A DNA stretch of 63,909 nucleotides, filler included, from Reticulomyxa filosa (GCA_000512085.1; 18 parts of 18 records of this genome joined end to end with filler, not necessarily neighbours in it); one strand, 5' to 3'. Shown: positions 1-13,736, counted from the whole stretch's first letter. Numbers and translations: made by a program. Notes: generated by a model not told the origin, from the sequence alone.

Positions 1-21
1 TGGGGGGGGGGGACGACGGGG

Positions 22-976
22 ATGGACGAAATAGTGGCCGAAGATCAAATGACAATAGCCATTTCTGCGAAAAATTTTGCCTTGAAAGTGTTTGAACAAA
101 GGGAATACACAGAAATGGTGGAGAAATGTCTATGCTCACAAGTGTGGTTTGGAGTCATTGAGGAGAAAAATATCGTTTGCTTGATTTGGGAATTTTGTGG
201 GGACGACCTGGCCTCGATGCCATGTGTCTCTGGACAAGATGTAATCAAAAGTCCACCACTGTCGGTTTCGGATCGCACTCAACGGCGATCGCCTTCCATT
301 TGGCTCATTAGTGTATTTGTGTCAATATGTCTTTTATATCGTTATGAAAAACACAAAAAAAGAACTATGTATATATAGTGGATATATATATATATATGTA
401 TATAAATAAAAATAAAAATAAAAAAAAAAAGGTGAGTAAATGTCAAGAAAATTAATGTACTCTTTAAAAAAGGGGAACATGCCTTGTGTTTCAATTGTGT
501 CAAAAGTATATTGCCTTGGCTCCATATCCGCATTTCGTGGCTCAGGCTGGCCGTGGACCGTTGCGGAAACTTACACGTGCGTTAGAGAAGTTAACACTTG
601 CACGGATGCGAGCTCTCATGCCGGGGAATATACCTATTCATTCGAAATTTTGACTAACACGAGTGAGTGCTTCCATCACAATATGACTACGACAAGCTCA
701 TGTTACAAAAAAAAGTGTGTTCCAAAACAGCCATGTAAATATCTGAAACGTGACCCCGCGTATCAAGTCGGTGAAACGACCGTCGTTTATCGAAAAAACG
801 AGTCCATTCAGCAAAATCCTGGCGTTTGTGATCAAACTAAAACTATAAGCAGAAGTCAGCTACGCAAAGACACCGCTATCGTCGCGTATGTGTATCACTT
901 TTTCGTGGGTGGAGTAATTCTTCTATTGTTCTTCATTTCCATCACTTGCACAAGTTCTAGTCCATGTAAAAAATAG
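22..976 (+). CDS. Hypothetical membrane protein with a Cys-rich loop and C-terminal TM helix (probably two exons, 5' end uncertain)
   Basis: ORFs 22-378 and 440-976 are separated by an AT/poly-A intron-like tract. The second has many Cys and a hydrophobic segment AIVAYVYHFFVGGVILLLFFISITC. No family recognised. Confidence 0.4.
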
Positions 977-1346
977 AATTTGTATAACTAGTAACTCATT
1001 TCAAAATTAACAGTATCTTTCTTACTTTTTTGAACAGCAAACGAAAAAGTCTCTTCCATAGATTGTTATTGCTTTGCAATACACGGTTTTTCCAATGACA
1101 TATTGTTTCAAAAAAATTTTTTAAAAACCTTTTTTGATTTAAGATCAAAGGTAGGGAGGAATAAGCATCAAAGAAATGCAGATTAAAAGAAAGTTTTTTG
1201 TAGTGCTGATCAAAATCTTGTTGACCGATTTCAGTATTTAAACTAATTGACCCTTTCAAAAAAAAGTATGATGCTTTGGGTTTACACCAAAAACCCCCAA
1301 AAATATACATACTCAAACAACAAAATCTTCGCGAGTAAACTTAGAT

Positions 1347-2397
1347 TTAGACTTGGCGTTCGGCTACCATATCAATCTCCTGCCTAAGTGAAACAACCCG
1401 TTCAATCTTGCGTATTTGTGATTTGCAACAGCCAATGCAACAACAGCAAACTTTTTCGTACCATGGATGGAACGTGTTGTTCATAAGAAGCAAGCAAGTA
1501 CATGTGATAACCTGTGTGCAAAAAAAAAAAAAAAAAAGTATTCGTATTCGTAAAAAAAAAAATATGTATCACGATCCTCCATCCAAAAAAAAAAACTCAA
1601 CATCATTAATACGATATAAATGATACGGGTTTTGACTCTTGTTGGACATGCATGCAAATGTGACAAGCATTGATAGTACTGTCGCTGTTGTTAATATGGT
1701 GCATTTGATCACCAATTCACGTAGCTTTTCATCACCCTTGTTACTTAGCAACTTAAACAGCGGCCTAGTTATTTTTTCAGTGTTTTTGTGCGCGTGTTTT
1801 TTTTTTTGTTGTTCCTATCTTTTTCAAAAAAAAAAAAAAAGGTCACCTGATAAACAAAATCAAACACACACAGCTAATGCAAATATGCAACACTATAATA
1901 AAAAATATGCCCAATAATGAAGATTCGAACGAGCAATCACTCAATCTACTCGGACTCCCACTTGTGTTAGCTGAACTTAATACAACTTCTGTCGTTGTAA
2001 TGGCAACAAGAACGACTCGAAAAATGTTTAAAGGTATGGGGGGATATTTAAAAGCAGAGCTATCAAAAACCACTTCCAAGCGAAGAATAAAAATATTGTA
2101 CAAACAAAAATGCGATAAAAGAAATGACCAAATTATCACTTTAATCCTTGTCGCGCACGAGTCTTGCCCGATCGAATTTTCCATAATTGCCAATACATTT
2201 AATAACATAAAAAACAGAAAACAACAAACTGTGAATATTGATTGCACTACGTTCTTAATATTGTCTCTGTCAAATATCAGTAAGCCAGCTTGTTGCTGAA
2301 GTCGCAAGTGCCGAAGATAAAGTAATAAAATCACAAAAATTGCGAGCTCGGACAGGCAGGAAAGGATTTGATATGATAATTGGAACCATGTCTTCAT
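1347..2397 (-). CDS. Orphan multi-pass (about 7TM, GPCR-like) membrane protein, 3 exons
   Basis: Exon 1 (2397-~1847) has about five hydrophobic helices. After a GT..AG intron the frame continues RPLFKLLSNKGDEKLRELVIKCTILTTATVLSMLVTFAC. The last exon reads VITCTCLLLMNNTFHPWYEKVCCCCIGCCK...AERQV* with TAA at 1347-1349. Confidence 0.6.
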
Positions 2398-2881
2398 TTG
2401 AGGACCTCTCTGAGCCTACTTGCTGCTTACCTTTTTTAGTATTTTTCTTCGTTGAACACAAAGAAATTTTTCTTGCGTGCACTTGATACAGAATTGTTGA
2501 AAAAAGTAATCAATGCCGTTTGCAAAAAAAATTGTAAAGGAACGATGGAAAGTATATTGGGAAAAAATGATGAGATAAAGCGACAAAAGAGTGTAACAAA
2601 TGTATGCAAAAATTGTGTAAGATTGCAGCTTTTTTCTTCTCTCCTTCCATCTGTTTTGTATCATTAATTTTGGCACAAAAATGTTAAATGAATATGTTTT
2701 AGGTTTGTAGAAGAAGAGACAGAAAGCCCAGAAAAAGGAATATTCATTCATTGCTCTTCAAATGATAGTAGAGTAAAAAAAGAAATAGGTATATTTTCTA
2801 TTGCTATTCAACGAAAATAAGTTAAAAAAAAGGATTTGACGGTGCAAAAAAAAAAAAAAAGGTCAACAAATAAAAAAAACT

Positions 2882-4710
2882 TCACACACACAAATAGAAG
2901 TTGCATAGCGTTCCGTATTGACCAGCTTCGACTTCAAAGCAATCATAACCTTTGTTTCTGAGTTCGACTTTGATATTGGCCATCCAAGAACCGGAGTCAT
3001 GGGGAGCATTGGGATTGTGCAAACTCCACGGCAGGATGAGACAACCACCGCCGCCAGCCCCAGTGATTTTAAGTCCACTTGTCGAGCTGCCATAGTATTG
3101 ATTGACAATGGACTCAATTTCGGCAATTTTGTGATGGCCAACTCCTAAGGCACACAGCAAGCCATGGTTTAATGAAAACAATTGTCTAATTTTGAGCGCA
3201 GCTGAAGCATCCGAAGCGTCATCACTGGACTCGGCAATGTTTTTGGACGAGTCATTCGTGCACCACAGCGCAAGGATTTCATCACCAATCAATTCAATGG
3301 CCTCCAAAATGTGTTTGACAATGGACTCGCATTGGACGTACATACGTCGGACATTAGCAACCAACTCTTTGGTGGGCCCACGACTGCCGGTGTAAATCAC
3401 AAGAAACTTTTGTCGATGGCGTTGCGAAGATAACGACAGCACTTTGAAATCGGTGCGAGATTTGAACTGAATGACTTGACCATATACGCTGGTGGTGTTG
3501 TCAATGCCACTTGGCGTGCCATGGCAAATTCTCTCGCATTCGTAGCTCCATTTGCAAATGCTTTGCAAATCATGAGAGCTAAACTTTATCTTTTCCAATG
3601 ACGCTTCTTCAAATGTTTCATTTGCACTTGCATCTGCATTGCTGTCGCTTTCTTTTGAACCGTCGCTCTCCTCTTTCGTATTGCTTTGCTTTCGACGTTT
3701 CGTCGTGTCACTACTCACTTTATAAAATGCCGCACACAAACTGCTGCTCAAGGCTCCTGAAGAGCCCAGGCCTGAGCTAATTGGAATATACGATTCAATT
3801 TCCACTAGCATACTTGCGTCTTTTTGTCCTGAGGCTTTTTTTTTTTTTTTTTTAAAAAAAAAATTGTTTGAAAGAGATAAAAGAGAGAGGGATGGTAATG
3901 CCCACATTTATGTACATATCTACATATGTATACGTGTTTTTTTTTTTTTTTTTTTTTTTTGAGATAACTGAAATAAGAGTGCTTGTAATTAGACTCGCTT
4001 AAAAAAAATTGATAAAATGCCAGCCAAAAGACGTTAAAAAACGATTGGAATTTAAAATGCAGTATAAATTCCTTCGACCTGGACTCACTGTATACGGCTT
4101 CGCCATTGTAATCCCCTTCGCCGTATTCGTAGTGCGCCATCTTGTGACTAGCAAAGGATAGGCGCGGATTCGATAGCAAACACTGCTTGTCTTCGTCCAT
4201 TGCTCTTTGGATTCTTTCAAACATTTCCAATTTGGAATATTCGTCGCCGGCCTTTGATCTCAATGTCTCGAAATAGTCGAGCACCTCATTCGTGCTCCAT
4301 CGGAATGTCACATGGGCTCGGATAGCACTGAAACGCAAATATATTGATAACACTATTCGATTCTCACAATTGCTTTCCTCCTCAAGCTTCACGCTTTTCG
4401 GGATATACACCGACACATAAATACGCTTGTCTATCGCTGTTGCTATTGCTCTTTTACCATACACCACGGCGTGCTCACCTGCCAGTATTATCTTGCCTGG
4501 TGAACTGCAAGTCAGGATTCGTTGAAACGCACGGTGATTGTACAGTATTTCTTGAAATTTCTCGAACTCGTCCTTCTCCTCTGACAACGGGTCTTGTGAC
4601 ACTTTCTGATCTTCAATACGATGCTCCAGTTGAGCAAGCGTAAATTTATAAAGCAGGAAAAGAGATACACTCCCGCAAGTTACTTTGAATAATGAATCTT
4701 TAGCGGTCAT
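2882..4710 (-). CDS. MVK: Mevalonate kinase (GHMP kinase), one intron at ~3829-3968
   Basis: Motifs SPGKIILAGEHAVVYGKRAIA, PISSGLGSSGA, ERICHGTPSGIDN and KITGAGGGGC. ATG at 4710. Confidence 0.93.
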
Positions 4711-5735
4711 TTTTATATATATATATATCAATTCTCTTTCTCCCCTTTTGCTTCTCTTTCCCCGTAGCAAAATATTTCACCCTGGGGCAATCATTTATCT
4801 TTTTTTTAATACAAATTTTGTTATAGCGTGTCCAAATTTAGCTAGCAATTTTACACTATTTCAATTCAGTTTTGCTATTTTGGATCTATTTTTATTTTCG
4901 AACTGTTTACTTTACATTGCACAGTTTTTGTGCTTTCACTTCCATATTCGTTATAATTGTACTACTTTTATAATGTATTTATACTACAAACTCAATTAAC
5001 AACTACTAGTGAAATATAAGTTAACATAAACTTCAATTGTAGAATGTGTTTACACAAATATCTTAAATTATTACAATATTACCCTCATTTTTACAGATAA
5101 TTTTAGTTGTAAAAATTTCAATCAAATGCATTTCAAAGTGAAATTGACACATTTGTTGTGTTAAAATTAAAAATCGAAGAAATATTTCTATACTGTTATG
5201 GGTGAAGCTTTTCATTCATTTGAAGCAATGCTTTTCCAATTTTATGCTTGCATATCAAAATAAAATTAAACACAAACAAATGTTCAACATATTCATTCCT
5301 GTAAAAATATAAAAGACGTTCTGATAATGACTTTTTCGGTGCAATTTTTTCTTTTAAAAGATTAACAAATATTTTTGTAATTGATATTTTCTATGTCATT
5401 CAAATTGTTTACAAAAAGTGAAATAAAGAAAAAATTTGTTCAGGAAGTTTGTAAGTAAATTAATTGATTGTTTGCAAATAGAAGTTCCTTTTGAACTACA
5501 TGGACACCTTTTTCAACTAAGACAATACTTTTATATCCATTATTATATTTTATTTGTATATACTTGCAAATTATTGACTTGTAATAGTACAATTGTCTGC
5601 ATTTTTTTAAATGGAATTGGCTGTCGTAAATTTCGCTGTACTGATTGGAGAAGTTTTTTTGTGACATGTTGCAAACTGAACAAAGGCCGACGCTGCTGTC
5701 TTTTTTTTCCCTAAAAAAAAATTGAAAAATTTCCC

Positions 5736-5835
5736 NNNNNNNNNNNNNNNNNNNNNNNNNNNNNNNNNNNNNNNNNNNNTTAATTAATTAANNNNNNNNN
5801 NNNNNNNNNNNNNNNNNNNNNNNNNNNNNNNNNNN
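5736..5835. other. Artificial contig spacer (44 N + TTAATTAATTAA + 44 N), first of 17
   Basis: Identical 100-nt spacers with stops in all six frames start at 5736, 13596, 15467, 18137, 19386, 22576, 26159, 31561, 37551, 45115, 46979, 48868, 50932, 56054, 59823, 61378 and 62561. Confidence 0.99.
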
Positions 5836-5911
5836 ATATATATATATATATATATATATGTGCACAATACGTATACACATATAAATATACATTTATATTT
5901 TTGTTCACCAG

Positions 5912-6843
5912 TTTCAATACTCAGTTATCTTATTGGGATGGGGTTTGTTGTGAAGACAAAAGAAACTTGGCTCCTCAATCAAAGCTCAAAAACTCCTTCG
6001 GATGAAGTAGACGCGTTGAAACTTTCCTCTCTCTCTCTGCATCCACATAAACCGAAGCAGCACCACAAACAGAAAGAAAAGCACAAACACTTGTACGAGT
6101 ACAACTATGGGCATGTCCATATCCACGGACATGCTACACAGGAGCACGAACATAAACGTGTGCTGAAATTGAAATCCTTACCAACACCTGTCCGTCCAGG
6201 TGATGCAAATCCTCACAACACCTCGATTATAACTTCCACCAGTCATGAGCAAACACTAAATCATATTCATATTCATGCCCATAGTCATAGTCATAATAAT
6301 AGTAACAGCCATAAGCACAGTCCTGACAAAGATAATGATAATTGCGTGGTCAGTCAATACACCTTAGACTTATTGAAAGACGCCAAATCGAGGACAGCGT
6401 CTTATGTGAATCCGTTGTTACTTGATGAGAAATTCAATGAGCCTTTGCCTACTGATCCAGGACAAAATCAAGGAAGAGCGTTATTGGAAGCGAAAAAGCG
6501 GCATTCACCATTACGGGCGAAAGGAGACAATACCAGTAAACACAAACAACTGGCCCCAACATTGGCTACTCCACATTTGGATCAACAGCCAAAACAGACT
6601 ACGACAACGAACATCACTAATCCAAGTAATCCTCCCAATAGCCCAAATAACCCTCCCAATAGTCCAAATAACCCTCTCAATAATCCAAGTAACCCTCCCA
6701 ATAATCCAAGTAACCCTCCCAATAATCCAAGTAATCCTCCTAATAGCCCGAACAGTACCACTACTACAAACGACAAAATTGAAAGCCATTTCTCAATAAT
6801 TCGAGGCATTTCTACAAAATTATGGTTTGGGTTTCGAAGATGA
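5912..6843 (+). CDS. Hypothetical His-rich / Pro-Asn repeat protein, 3' part (5' truncated by contig edge)
   Basis: Long open frame after an intron-like AT tract ending CCAG at 5911. It contains HxH runs and NPSNPPN repeats. Confidence 0.55.
6619..6753 (+). repeat. 21-bp coding minisatellite, about 6.4 copies (AATCCAAGTAACCCTCCCAAT)
   Basis: Units start at 6619, 6640, 6661, 6682, 6703 and 6724, with a partial unit at 6745. They encode NPSNPPN/SPNNPPN. Confidence 0.9.
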
Positions 6844-7376
6844 TAATTTAACTTGTTTTTTTTTCTTTGCCTCTTTCATCGCATTAACACTACCTATCCA
6901 CCAAAGTATTCTTACTCCTTTTTTTTTATCTGTTTACTTTTATCTTTTTTTTTTTTGTGATCACCTTTTGTGTTTTGTTGGCATTAAAATGAATGATTTT
7001 TTTCAAGACGTCATTATATTTTTTTGGTGAGGTCGTTAAATTTGGAGTGTTATTAAATGCGATATCCCAAATATACAATTTACTTTGTCTACTGGGATCA
7101 TGTCAACTGATTTTAGCAACTTTTTGTATCCTAAAATAAAATGTTGTGTGGTCTCGTCTTTTTTTATTTTTTTAAATTTTATGTTTTTGGATCTGAACGG
7201 CGTTTGTGAGTTACTTTTTTTTTTTTTTTGCAGTTTGTTTCTAAAGGATTTTTGTTTATGTTTTGCTGCGTAAATTATCTTTTTTGTGTGTCAAAAAAAA
7301 TTGGTGAGGAAACTTCGTCCTTTCATTTTATTGTGAAAATTAGAATGTCTAAGAAAAAAAAGAAAAAAAAAAGAAA

Positions 7377-9538
7377 TCACCACAACTCTTGAACATATTT
7401 TCCTGATTTCAATAAAGAATTAATATCGATGTGTGACTTCTTCTCGTCCAATATTTCTTGAAATACAGAACGAACAGCCTTCCCCATAGATGGTTGGCCA
7501 CACACAAACACGTGTGCATTTTTGTGAGCAAGCATATCATACAATGCATCGGCATTTTCTTTTATTAAATCTTGGACATATATTTTTTTGTCTTGTTGGC
7601 GACTGAAAGCCACTTTCAAAGCTTTGAGACATCCCCCATTTATTTGCAAAGAAGATTCCAAAAATTCTTTATAAATGTAATCTTTATCAGGATAGCGACA
7701 GCCAAAAAACAGCCACCAATCACCAAATGTACCTTTTTCGAAAGTGCGTATTAATTGATTCCCTTCTTGCACAAATCCTCGGAACGGAGCAATGCCAGCA
7801 CCAGCACCAACCATGATTAAAGGTATTTCAGGAGAGGGCATACGAAATGAAGAGGATTGAACGAATATTTGGACAATATCATTTTTCTTGCTTTGACGCA
7901 AATAATTGCTGGCAACCCCGATGAAATCAATTGCCTCTTTTTCGTTGCTATCACTCGTGTCACGCAATTGCATTTCCATTTTGGCAGTGATGGCAATTTG
8001 CGCGACTGAACTTTATTACTGCTCGAAATGGTATAATAGCGTGGCTGCAATGGACGTACCAATTCAATGACGGAAGCCAAGTCAACATCAACACTTGGAA
8101 AAGTGTTTAATAAGTTTGCAAAATTCCAAAACTTGCCTTCAGTATTTTGAAGGCCTTTGGATGCCATTTCTTGCAATTGCAACTTTTCTTTGCCGTCACG
8201 TGCAAACTGTGACAGCACTTGGAGAGTTTGTTTCTTAGGAGGTCCATTGATATCCAAATACCATAGCAACAGATTGCGAACGGAGACAATGTTTGGAATA
8301 GGAATAGTCAATGGTTCTTTATTTTTATTTCGAATGCGAACGACATCATTGGGATCAATTCTGAGTCGATTACACAATGCATCCACAGTGTCAGGATCAT
8401 TCCTTGCCACAATTCCCAAGTTGTCCGCTGTTTTGTAGCTTATATTCAGTTGGGTAATATCAAACTCTACATGCAATGTAGATCCATCTGCAGTGGATGG
8501 ACGTGCTTCGTGAACATCCGCAATCTTTGATCTCACGACTTGGTCCAGCCAATTGTAACGACGAGAAGGGAGCAACAGCTTTGTGTTGATGCGAATGTGT
8601 TCATTTTTTGCTGCGTCATTATTTTCTTTGAGGTCAGAAACGATTTGTCGCAACTCATTTTCGCTGAGTGGACATTTCGCCAGCAACGCACATTGTCCGT
8701 ACAGCCAATGTGTATCATTGTCTATTGGAAATCGATGCAAAGGTAAGGAAGAGTCAGATGACTGTTTTGTTTCCTCTTTTTCTTCTTTATCGGTAGTCTT
8801 ACTATCTTGTTTGGTTCGTACAGCAAACAATTCCAAAGCGCTTACAAAGGGCTGGTCTGTTAATAATTGATCCATCGAAACTCCCAGAAATTTCATGGTA
8901 ATGATCGGCCACAACTTCTCTTTCCATTCGTTGAATTGATCATCAATCGATCCTTTGTCATCGTCTCCAATGCCGCGATCAATCAGTCTTTGACCACCCA
9001 ACTCTTGCAATCTCTGATCAAACTGTTTCCCCATTTCGTTGAAAAATTGATATTGTGAATTACCCAATCCAAACACCGCAAAATCGACTTGTCGTAATTC
9101 ATTTTCACTGTGTTCACCTTCGGTCAACCACTGATAAAATTCTTGTGCGTTGTCCGTTGGCTCACCTTCTCCATATGTTGCCACCAAAAATATTACCAAT
9201 TTTTCATCTTGTAATTCTTCCACGTCATACTCTTCCAGGTCTATCACTTGTGCTCCAAAGCCATATTTCTTTGCCTCCTTCTGCATGTCATATGCAAACC
9301 CTTCCGCCGTCCCACTTTGACTACCGAAAAAAATCTTCAGTGGAAAGCCTTCTTCTTTTTCTTCGCTTTCTTTTGTTTCCTTCTCATCGTCCTTTTTTTT
9401 CTCTTGTTGTTCATTGGGACGGTTATCGTCTGACTCACTGCCACCTTTGAATAGGAGGTTATACAACACCAGCGTAGATGCTACGATTAGCGCACCCGTC
9501 AATATTACGCCAAACATGGACGATTTTTGGCCAGACAT
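7377..9538 (-). CDS. POR: NADPH-cytochrome P450 reductase (intronless, one apparent 1-nt deletion at ~7997-7999)
   Basis: N-terminal TM anchor, FMN motifs FFGSQSGTAE, ATYGEGEPTDNA and FGLGNSQY, FAD motif RYYTISS, NADPH motifs MVGAGAGIAPFRGF, LFFGCR, AFSR, KIYVQD and FVCG, and a C-terminal ELW. Adding one A gives RKIAITAKMEMQ and joins ORFs 7817-9544 and 7377-7979. Confidence 0.95.
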
Positions 9539-10815
9539 TTTCACTTTTTGCTAAATTTATTTACTTGACGATTACTATTGAGATAATGCTGGCCAATTAT
9601 TTTTTTCCCCCGTTTTTATAACCGCCCTACAAAAAAGCCAAGATAATGTGTGCTTATCTACTGCAAAAGTGGTTCTAGATTTAGGTCTGAAATATATCAT
9701 AAATATAGTCTCGTTTCTAACAATTTTAGATAAAGTTGCGGTCATTGAACGAACAACACAGTTTTTTTTATTCAAACAAAAAATAAAATGAAAGATTGAA
9801 ACGGTTTGTGTATGCATATAATGTAACTCGCACGCGTATTAGCATGCGCATACTCTCGCAACAAGACTGAGCCGAATATGAAGAGCCAAACTGGACATGG
9901 ACATAAGCAACTATCATAAAAAGAAAGTGAAGAAGAAATGACGACAGAACGGCCGAAATTGAAGAAAGTCTTTAGTCTGAACACAAAGTAAGTCTTTAAA
10001 AAGACATATGCAAATACGCATTTTTAAATTTAGTAATTTTGTCCACATTAATGAAAAGGTAGACTTTGCGACAACTGGTAAACGAACAAACGATTGTCTT
10101 TTTAAATATATATGATAAATATATTTAAACTATGAAGTCAAAGAATATAATGTTAAGCAATTGTTTTTTTTTTATAAAAGTGAAATTTTTAGTATAAGTT
10201 CGATATTTTTAAAATTTTAAAAGAATAAAATTAAACAATGTGATTTTGTAGATTTTCTAGTTTGTAAGTGTAACATAACAAGTTGGAACTAAATTTACAT
10301 TAGTTATAATATCACTTTAATCATTTATGCTGACAGCATAACTTTGTTTTGATTTGAAGCGGTTCAAACAAAATACGGATTAAATGTTGATATTTGCACA
10401 AACGCAATTTAGCGTAGAAAAAAATTTATATTATGTAGTGTATTGTGTTGGCAGATGTTCGTAGAACAAGGTGCCACACTATATATACATTGTATTTTGT
10501 ATTTTGTATTTATTTTTATTCTTCACCTTTATATCGAGGCACGTTGTGACTTTTTTTATATAAAAAATTTTAAAGTTAACAATTGAAATATGAAGATCGT
10601 TATTGCAAGGTATAAAGAACAAATCAAGTCTATATGAGCGACGATAAAACAAGTGCAGTCGCAAAAACGCATCGTTGGATCCACATGCAGTGTAAGTCAT
10701 ATATTATAATTTCAAATACTAATAGAACGGTGGTACACATGTGGGTTAAAACCATATTCACAACAAAACTCATTTTTGTGTTTTCTTTACTTGTTTTCCT
10801 TTATTATGTTAAAAT

Positions 10816-10906
10816 TATTTTTGTTAATTTAATTTCCTTTTACTGAGTTTGCTTCTTGGAACTAAATTCCTTTCATATTATATTTAGTCGTTTCAATATT
10901 CCTACA
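10816..10906 (+). repeat. Dispersed repeat, copy 1 (copy 2 at 31661-31751)
   Basis: The 91-nt segment TATTTTTGTTAATTTAATTTCCTTTTACTG...ATTCCTACA aligns without gaps to the start of contig 9, with about 10 mismatches, mostly transitions. Confidence 0.85.
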
Positions 10907-12552
10907 AACACAACATCAAGAGACTTCACAACGGGCAAATATATAGTCAAGCGTAACCGTTATTTAAACACATCGACCAAATCCACGTTCATCTTCAGTT
11001 GCAGCACCACCTCGTCAATTACCTGGACAACAGCAGCTACACGTTTGCTATAGTCATTGAAGAAACCGCTAAACAAGATTAATCAAGTGGTATTTTTTCT
11101 TTGTGTGAAAGTCAGCTTGTGTGGTATTTTGTACAGTGCATGTGGCCAATTCTCGTACTGTTTTGGAGCTCAGTTTTGAAAGAGTGCTAGTCTAATTGAT
11201 AATCACTACGAAGAGCGTATTTTAATAGTGTACCCATCTTTAATCATCTTCGTTCAAATTTTAAACGGATAACAAAAACATGTAACACGTTTAAAATAAT
11301 CTACAAGATCGTTTTTGACCTTTGCCTTTTTTAATTTTAAAAAAGGGATTTATAATTTTTAACAAAGAAGATTAACCGCTTTGAGAGCTTTCAATTTTTA
11401 TGACAGTTTTGGCTCTCTTGCTGGTCGTATCACTTTTTAAAAATATCCTTTGTTGGTGCGACTAGCTTTACAAAAATTACAAGGTTTTGGCCAGGTTCTA
11501 TCTTGCAGACTGTTAAGCAATGAGAACTACTTGGCTCAAAAAAGATCCAAAGTGAAGCACATGATCATGGCAAAAAAAAAAATTATACGTCAACATCGTT
11601 CTTAGTGTGATTTATACAGTAATTAAGAACTTTGGCAAAATTTGAAGCAATTTGTATTAACTAAATAACTTATTGAATGTTTTCATTTTTAATTTTATAA
11701 AAATTGTGACAGTACTGTATTGTGCAATAAACACGTTGAGATCTAATGACAAAAATAGAGAAACAATAGCACATACAAAGGCAAATGAGGACTATTATTG
11801 CATATTCGTGCAAAAGTTAATATTCAATCTACAACTAAAAAAAAGAGCCCCTAAAATAAACACATATGAACACTCATATTTGTTTATTTTATGATTTTTT
11901 TTAGCTGCAAATTGTGCATCAATATCAAACACGAAGACATTAAGTATCTACGTTAAACAAAAATTTGAATATTTTGGTTAGTATTTAAAAAAAAGAAAGA
12001 ACAAACGAATTAACATAATTGACAATAATTTTATCAAACTCATTAATATAACCAAATTTGATTTATAACATTCGAATCCAATGTTGCAAGATCAAAATTA
12101 CAATGTAAGAAAAGACATGTCACCCAATCACAAAAGCAAGCTCGATAAGACTTCCTTCCAACTCGTTTGTAAACATATCCGACAAGACTTTGCCATTATC
12201 GCCAAAATATATTGAACAAGGAATCCTTTTTAATGATGATGTGGCCAGCAACTATCGATGTAATATTGTTTGATATCTGATATCAGATGCTTTTGGAAAA
12301 ATAATCCAAAACAAAATAGCAGAAGACGACTTGAGACAAAATGCCTTTTATGCGTGGAGCATGAGTATTAATATACTTTTTTAAGCTGAAAAATTAGAGT
12401 TCTGTTTTTTCAAATTAAAATACTTTTTAATTTTTCAAAGTCAAATTGCCCCGTTTTCAATAGTGTCTAAAACTTGGTGAATGTTTCATATCTGCTGGCT
12501 GCATTAGTATAATGGTGATATTTTCTGCTAGTTGTTTTCAATACGAAAATTT

Positions 12553-12789
12553 TTATTGGAAATACTTTTGTAAGTAGAAAAAAACATAACTTATTTCAGA
12601 TTTCAATCCCATTTGAGATTGGAAGTTGTTCTGACAGAGAGACGTCCAAAGTAAATTAGAATGGAAAGAACAAGCTACAACGCAAACTAAAAACCTGTTT
12701 CTCAACCAACAATTGATCAATTTGCTGAGTATTTCCAAGTTCTTGTTGCTCGCTTTCCACTGAAAACAGGCCCCCTCACATGACAACAA
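12553..12789 (-). pseudogene. Degenerate coding remnant, possibly F-box-like
   Basis: FLVCVVACSFHSNLLWTSLCQNNF loosely resembles the end of an F-box. Flanking frames are interrupted by stops. Confidence 0.25.
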
Positions 12790-12891
12790 TAAACATTTTT
12801 ATTCAATATCGACGTGAAAAACAAAACGGTACATTCAAACTCGTTTCAGTGTTTCATTTTCGTTGTTTTTTTTTTTTTTTTACGTGATTCA

Positions 12892-13495
12892 TCAAAAATA
12901 TCTTCTATTTTTTAGTGTTGTCTGGGTTGCCACTGTCGTCTTTCGGACCAGGGTTTTTTCGATTTCTAGGGCTACGTGATCGCTTATTTGGATATAATTT
13001 ATAACAACACAATTACAAAGCAGCAAAAACGTTTTGTTTATGTGTATTACATTATAAACAAAAAAAAAAAAAAAAAGAAAACATTTATCAAAAAGAATAT
13101 CAATTATCGTTATTGTCAAAAGAAAAAACATACCGATCGAGACTTGTCTTGTTCATTTCGTGCACGTCTAAGACGTTCCTTATCGGTGGCAATGTCCCTT
13201 GAAAGACTCCTTCTCTCACGACTTTGTTTTCTGCTTTTACTTTTTTTGTCTTTATCTCTTTCTTTATCTTTGTCTTTGTCTTTATCTTTGTGTTTACTTT
13301 TGCTTTTGTGTTTATTCCGGCTTGTATGCTTGGCCTTGTCTTTCACGGAGCTCTTACTGATATGTGAATCGTCATCACTGCTATCAGTCGATATGCTTGA
13401 CTCATTGCCAGTACCTTCTTCGTTCGTGCTATCTTTCTCATTTTTTGGAGATTTCTTGCTTGACTTTCGTTTCCCGTTGCTGTGCTTTTCATTGT
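12892..13495 (-). CDS. 3' end of a Lys/Asp/Ser/Arg-rich low-complexity protein (two exons)
   Basis: Reads KSKKSPKNEKDS...KDKDKDKERDKDKKSKSRKQSRERRSLSRD...RS, then an intron, then ISDHVALEIEKTLVRKTTVATQTTLKNRRYF*. Confidence 0.5.
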
Positions 13496-13696
13496 TACAA
13501 AAAGTTTACAATAAAAAAAAAATAAAAAATAAAAAAGAACACGGAATTTCGGAGAAAATTAGAATCTAATGCTGGTGAGAGGAGCTAGGAAAATGNNNNN
13601 NNNNNNNNNNNNNNNNNNNNNNNNNNNNNNNNNNNNNNNTTAATTAATTAANNNNNNNNNNNNNNNNNNNNNNNNNNNNNNNNNNNNNNNNNNNNA

Positions 13697-13729
<33 letters not shown>

Positions 13730-13736
13730 GTATATA

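Noticed and set aside
5780-5791. Recurring TTAATTAATTAA palindrome flanked by N runs as a biological repeat or CRISPR-like array
   Set aside because: It is an exact 100-nt synthetic spacer with six-frame stops used to concatenate contigs.
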